Shown here: positions 46,131-50,046 of the stretch, one piece after another | How positions within the stretch are numbered: position 1 is the stretch's first letter | How the letters are laid out: every line of letters starts with the position of its first letter | IMG/VR virus record: IMGVR_UViG_3300030376_005812 | Span: 1 to 50,046 of that record | Strand: one strand, 5' to 3' | DNA from: a virus | Taxonomy: Duplodnaviria; Caudoviricetes | DNA: 50,046 nucleotides | Made by a program: the position numbers and the translations under genes | Notes under the pieces: generated by a model | Databases searched by the model: none | Told to the model about the DNA's origin: nothing | What the model saw: the letters and a program-made list of their open reading frames with translations, nothing else

Positions 46131-46652
46131 ATGAAGAAAGAAATCACCATCGTGGTAGATGACAGGGAGAAGAAACCCCTAGCCTTCCCCTCCACAATCG
46201 TCTTCCTTGACCCAAGTAAGATGCCCACCCACAAGAAGCAGACAACCATCCGCATCCACACGGAGAAGGCCCGCCTCACCACTGCCGACTACCTCCTCAA
46301 AGGTGACCCCACCGTGGGGGGAATAGAACGCAAGGGTTCCATCAGCGAGATAGCCCAGAACTGCCTCACCAACGATGGCCGCCGCAAGTTCGTGGACTGC
46401 CTCAAGCGACTCAGGGACGAGTTTAGTAAGCCCTACCTCCTGTTCGAGGGGGACATACACAAGATCCAGTCAGCCAAGATCCACATCCCCGGACCTCCCT
46501 TCAATCCGGGGATAGCTGTTGACTCTTTGATGCGGCTTACTTTAGAATACAACGTACCTATCTACCTCATGCCTTGCTCGACCATTGCTCAACGGAGAGC
46601 CACAGGTGAGTGGGCTGCGCGACTCCTTATCAACACCGCCCTAATGGACTAA
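46131..46652 (+). CDS. ERCC4/XPF-domain nuclease (putative junction resolvase)
   Basis: IVVDDREK, LTTADY, IERKGSISE and YLLFEG motifs. Confidence 0.85.
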   Translation: MKKEITIVVDDREKKPLAFPSTIVFLDPSKMPTHKKQTTIRIHTEKARLTTADYLLKGDPTVGGIERKGSISEIAQNCLTNDGRRKFVDCLKRLRDEFSKPYLLFEGDIHKIQSAKIHIPGPPFNPGIAVDSLMRLTLEYNVPIYLMPCSTIAQRRATGEWAARLLINTALMD

Positions 46653-46657
46653 TCGAC

Positions 46658-47260
46658 ATGGCAGCCGTACTCAACTCAACTGTTATCACCCCCAAGGTCA
46701 TGAAGACAATGGCTGGCGGCAACAAGACCAGCGAAGTCTTCACCCTCAACACTGAAATTCAAACCGCGAGTGCTTCGGGTTGGGCCACCCCAGCTGCAGA
46801 CGGCACCGCATTTCAGGTCGTGTCTGATGGCTGGTCCAGACTTGCAGTTTGGACCGTACACGAAGTTGGCGGAACCAGTGATGCTTCTGCTAAGTACTCT
46901 GTAATTGGTCAGCGGCCTTTTGTATCTAGTCAAATCAAAACAGCAGCCACAGGTGATGCTGATGCTGGTTTTGATGCAGATGATTTTTGGCTTCCCTGCC
47001 CTGTAAAGGGAGATGTTAGTGTTGAAATGATTTCTGCTGCCCGACCAGTTTCAACAGGTGGCGTGATCAGCAATGGTGCTGACGTAAACACAGGGACGTT
47101 TCCAGCCATTGCACAAATAGGTATCGCAACTGGGGGGACTAATGTGTATGCCCTTCCCAGCGTGGTTGTGGATTGTTCTGGAACCCTGAAGATTTCAGCT
47201 TACGTTCACACCGGAGCTGGGGTTGAGGGTGGTGTTATCCTTGGTCAGTTCATTGCGTAA
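46658..47260 (+). CDS. Beta-rich hypothetical protein, possibly virion-associated
   Basis: Ala/Gly/Thr/Val-rich, about 200 aa. Confidence 0.6.
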   Translation: MAAVLNSTVITPKVMKTMAGGNKTSEVFTLNTEIQTASASGWATPAADGTAFQVVSDGWSRLAVWTVHEVGGTSDASAKYSVIGQRPFVSSQIKTAATGDADAGFDADDFWLPCPVKGDVSVEMISAARPVSTGGVISNGADVNTGTFPAIAQIGIATGGTNVYALPSVVVDCSGTLKISAYVHTGAGVEGGVILGQFIA

Positions 47261-47262
47261 CA

Positions 47263-47526
47263 ATGGGCACTCCTGACGACACAACGCCGTGGGCAATGAT
47301 CATCGGGTGGCTTCAGACTGCCCTTCTTGTTGCCGCTGTAGCCGGAATGTTTATGAAGGTGGGGGAGCAAACCCACCAGCTTGAATTGAACAGTGTGGAT
47401 ATCAAGGCTCTGACTGGAGTCTCAACTGACCTTCTGAAGTTTCAAGTCCTGTCCACCGCAAAGGATCAGGAACTTGAACGCCGCCTCAATGAGATGCTTG
47501 TACGTCTGGATCGACTTGAAAATTGA
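47263..47526 (+). CDS. Membrane protein with one TM helix and a coiled coil (holin/spanin-like)
   Basis: WAMIIGWLQTALLVAAVAGMF followed by heptad repeats. Confidence 0.55.
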   Translation: MGTPDDTTPWAMIIGWLQTALLVAAVAGMFMKVGEQTHQLELNSVDIKALTGVSTDLLKFQVLSTAKDQELERRLNEMLVRLDRLEN

Positions 47527-47544
47527 CTAATTGGGTAGTCAACA

Positions 47545-47739
47545 ATGGAAGAGCATTTTGTGGCGATCGGCCTCAGCATAGCTGGGCCTGCAATCCTTGG
47601 GGTCTTTGGGTTCCTTTGGCGAGTTAGTAGTAGGCTGACTGCCGCCGAGAAGATGATCGAAGCTCACGAGCATCGAATCGCTCGTAACAGCAATCAACTT
47701 CACAGTCATTTCGACAAAGCATTTACGATCAGGAAGTAG
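47545..47739 (+). CDS. Small membrane protein with coiled coil
   Basis: FVAIGLSIAGPAILGVFGFLW followed by a coiled coil. Confidence 0.6.
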   Translation: MEEHFVAIGLSIAGPAILGVFGFLWRVSSRLTAAEKMIEAHEHRIARNSNQLHSHFDKAFTIRK

Positions 47740-47748
47740 GCTGGTCTT

Positions 47749-48114
47749 ATGCTGAAGTATCTCATTGCATTTATCTTTTTGTCTGGGTGCCAAGCCGCCC
47801 CTTTTGTGGGAGTCCCGAGCGCAAGCAAGGGACTGAGCTATGTCACCGAGACGACGGGAACGGAAAACCTCTCAGTGCTCAGTGCAGTGGGGGGACTCTG
47901 CCTGATAGCGGGGATGGTCCTGCTCGTTGTGACACGGGGAGCGAGGGGTTGGTACCCTGTGATCGGGGGCCTAGTTCTTGTGGTACTGAACTACGTAGTG
48001 GCTCAGTACAGTCACTGGCTGTTTGTCCCTCTTGTAACTTTCACTGCCTTGATCTCAGGTGCATGGACATTCAAGACTGTCCGTCAAATTCTTCTGGAGA
48101 AGAAATCAAAATGA
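47749..48114 (+). CDS. Predicted lipoprotein with three TM helices (holin-like)
   Basis: Lipobox LSGC after a signal peptide; three hydrophobic segments and a basic C-terminus. Confidence 0.6.
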   Translation: MLKYLIAFIFLSGCQAAPFVGVPSASKGLSYVTETTGTENLSVLSAVGGLCLIAGMVLLVVTRGARGWYPVIGGLVLVVLNYVVAQYSHWLFVPLVTFTALISGAWTFKTVRQILLEKKSK

Positions 48115-48254
48115 TTACCCTTGCTTCCCTTTCAGGCTTTCTCGGTACCGTTTGGTTTATGGCTCTTCTGTGTGCTGCTTCCTTTGGAGCTGGCGTTGTT
48201 TTCAAGAAGCGGTTTCTTAAGCTGATCACCGGCGGAAAGTACCAAGGCGACTGA
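48111..48254 (+). CDS. Small membrane protein
   Basis: GGAG SD and ATGA coupling; one TM helix and a basic tail. Confidence 0.6.
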   Translation: MITLASLSGFLGTVWFMALLCAASFGAGVVFKKRFLKLITGGKYQGD

Positions 48255-48255
48255 T

Positions 48256-48747
48256 ATGAATACCCTAGTTGTTTTTCTTATTGCCTTTCTTCTTTGTCAG
48301 GATTCCCCCCACGAAGTCGAGTACACCTTGACTGAACAGGGACCCCGGACAATTTACGAAGGGACAGTAAGACTGAACTTCTCGGGAGAAACAACAGATC
48401 CCTGTATCAACAGGTTTGCTATCCCCATTGAAGAGGACAGCAGACTTGCGGGTCCGATCATCTCGTCGGATCCGGGCCAACCCATCTTGAATTACGACAT
48501 CGTTACTGTCGAATCAAAGACGTTGTATCTTACGTGGTGTAAGTTCAACAGCAAGATCCTCCACTACCCTCACAGCTTTCCAAGATACTTCAAGTTCTAC
48601 ACCATCAAGACCAAGTTCAACGGCGAGGACCTTGAAAAACTCCTTGCGGAGTGGGGTGTAGAAGATAGTCCTTGGGACCTGAACCTAGACGGTACGGTGG
48701 GGGGAGAAGATATTGCCATCCTCCTCAACGGCTGGCAAGCTTCCTAA
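48256..48747 (+). CDS. Secreted protein with C-terminal dockerin-like (EF-hand-like) repeat
   Basis: Hydrophobic N-terminus; NGEDLEKLLAEWG..DLNLDGTVGGEDIAILLNGW. Confidence 0.7.
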   Translation: MNTLVVFLIAFLLCQDSPHEVEYTLTEQGPRTIYEGTVRLNFSGETTDPCINRFAIPIEEDSRLAGPIISSDPGQPILNYDIVTVESKTLYLTWCKFNSKILHYPHSFPRYFKFYTIKTKFNGEDLEKLLAEWGVEDSPWDLNLDGTVGGEDIAILLNGWQAS

Positions 48748-48829
48748 CAGATCAATACGAACTCTTTCTTTCTGGCGTAGGGCTGGGCCGTGTGGCCCCA
48801 GCCCTACCGCCATTTATCAGGAGACAATC

Positions 48830-49201
48830 ATGTCATCACACTACGTTGCTACCCGCGAGCTTTCCGTTCCTTTCGAGATCACCCTGTTCCTTGACGGCAC
48901 CGAAATCGAGCCTACCTACTTCTCGGGTACCGTCTGGGGTTCAGCCCATCTGTACAGCGACGAAGTCTCCACCGACAGGGGCACCAAGAGCGAAGACACC
49001 ATTGACCTCGATGACGTTCTGCTTGGTGAAAAGTGCAAGATCAATGGCTTGTCTTGCACCACCGATGACATCCCAAACAGTATCATCACCCAGTCGTTGA
49101 TCGACTTCATCGTTGAGCACGCCAAGCAACAACTGCAGAACGAAGTCGATGGTCTTGGTCTTGATGACTTTGCTACCGGCTCAAACTTCTCAGCTTCGTA
49201 A
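48830..49201 (+). CDS. Hypothetical acidic protein
   Basis: AGGAG SD before ATG 48830; C-ending codon bias. Confidence 0.75.
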   Translation: MSSHYVATRELSVPFEITLFLDGTEIEPTYFSGTVWGSAHLYSDEVSTDRGTKSEDTIDLDDVLLGEKCKINGLSCTTDDIPNSIITQSLIDFIVEHAKQQLQNEVDGLGLDDFATGSNFSAS

Positions 49202-49212
49202 GGGAGACAACC

Positions 49213-49404
49213 ATGGATGCTGAAGCACAAAAGAAGTGGGATGCTGTCGAGTACTTCATCCACGACCTTCGACTCCCAGAGTACATAGGGAAAGGGGACC
49301 TCATTCGAGAAGTCAGTACCTTCACGAGTGCATACCGCATCGGGATTGTTATTGACTTTGAGGATGACACTTGGGAGTTCGAGATCAAGAAAGGATCGCT
49401 TTGA
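49213..49404 (+). CDS. Hypothetical protein
   Basis: AAGGGAG SD; TGATG-coupled to the nuclease gene. Confidence 0.7.
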   Translation: MDAEAQKKWDAVEYFIHDLRLPEYIGKGDLIREVSTFTSAYRIGIVIDFEDDTWEFEIKKGSL

Positions 49405-50046
49405 TGCCACCTGAAATTCAACCTGTTGACTTGCCTAAGACCATGGGAAAGGACGCAGCCGAATGGCTTGCAGTCCACGGACTTGTTGACAGAAAGCCCT
49501 CCCTCAGGTCTTCAGACTACGGCATGATCCGACGCTGCCCCTTCACCTACTACCTGTGCCGGAGGCTTGGCCTTATCAAGGAGCTCAGGTACAGCGAAGC
49601 TCTGTCCCGAGGCACGTGGGTCCACCATCGGTTTGCCATGATCACGCTGCCTGAGGAGGAAGCCACCTCCATGATGTACGGGCTGCTGGATGCCCGCCTC
49701 AAAGAGCTCAGACAGTCTCTCAAGGACTCACAGGCATCTCCCGACGCAACCTCCGACATCCTGTTCAGGGAGGAAAAGGACTTTCAAGTTACCTCGGCGT
49801 GGTTCGAAGCTGCCCTTACCGTGCCCTGTATTGACAATAGGCACAACCTCAAGGACTGGCTGCTCAACGATGACCAGTGGCAGCATGTCGGACAAGAGCT
49901 CCTGATCAAGCACGGCGACTGTGTGGTTCAGCCCGACCTCCTGCTGTATAACAAACTAAGCAACAAGTTGTGGGTAGTAGACTTCAAGACGTGCGCTGGC
50001 TCCCCCCATCTTCGGTTGCAGACATGCCCGTGGGAGTTCCAGACTA
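49404..50046 (+). CDS. PD-(D/E)XK (Cas4/AddB-like) exonuclease, 5' part (missing from the ORF track)
   Basis: Translated by hand: MPPEIQPVDL..SLRSSDYGMIRRCPFTYYL..SRGTWVHH..GQELLI..VQPDLLLYNKLSNKLWVVDFKT; open to the window end. Confidence 0.85.
   Translation, partial: MPPEIQPVDLPKTMGKDAAEWLAVHGLVDRKPSLRSSDYGMIRRCPFTYYLCRRLGLIKELRYSEALSRGTWVHHRFAMITLPEEEATSMMYGLLDARLKELRQSLKDSQASPDATSDILFREEKDFQVTSAWFEAALTVPCIDNRHNLKDWLLNDDQWQHVGQELLIKHGDCVVQPDLLLYNKLSNKLWVVDFKTCAGSPHLRLQTCPWEFQT
49948..50045. repeat. Terminal direct repeat, copy 2
   Basis: Identical to bases 1-98. Confidence 0.95.

Noticed and set aside
49948-50046. Terminal repeat as a biological direct terminal repeat
   Set aside because: It falls in the middle of a gene and its length of about 99 nt matches an assembler k-mer overlap, so it indicates circular assembly only.
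49404-50046. CRISPR-Cas system suggested by the Cas4-like nuclease
   Set aside because: There is no repeat-spacer array or other cas gene, and the context (Sak4-like ATPase, SSB) indicates a recombination exonuclease.
1-50046. tRNA genes, integrase/att site, reverse transcriptase or DGR, alternative genetic code
   Set aside because: None was recognised by eye. Genes are full length under the standard code and all three stop codons are used.

Overview
This window is an apparently complete, circularly assembled tailed dsDNA phage genome of about 49,947 bp; bases 1-98 recur at 49948-50045. Its morphogenesis is podovirus-like. The minus strand (35386 down to 3871) carries packaging and virion genes: terminase, portal, scaffold, major capsid, fibre/beta-helix proteins, adaptor, nozzle and ejection-type proteins. 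The plus strand carries a D5/SF3 helicase, a roughly 450-bp non-coding repeat region, small early genes separated by stem-loops, a sigma-like factor, a family-4 UDG-like protein, a family A DNA polymerase, an ERCC4 nuclease, small membrane proteins, and a PD-(D/E)XK nuclease, Sak4-like ATPase and SSB-like recombination module that spans the assembly junction. I recognised no integrase, RNA polymerase, primase, endolysin, tRNA or CRISPR array. A dockerin-like repeat and the Cys-rich gene pair point tentatively to a Planctomycetota (Phycisphaerae) host. The most striking observation is in the DNA polymerase gene. It contains two Ser/Thr-rich insertions, each coinciding with a complete protein-like ORF in another frame on the same strand, which suggests two small genes nested inside an uninterrupted polA. 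That polymerase also has unusual motif B and C residues. All functional calls come from motif recognition by eye; no database searches were run.
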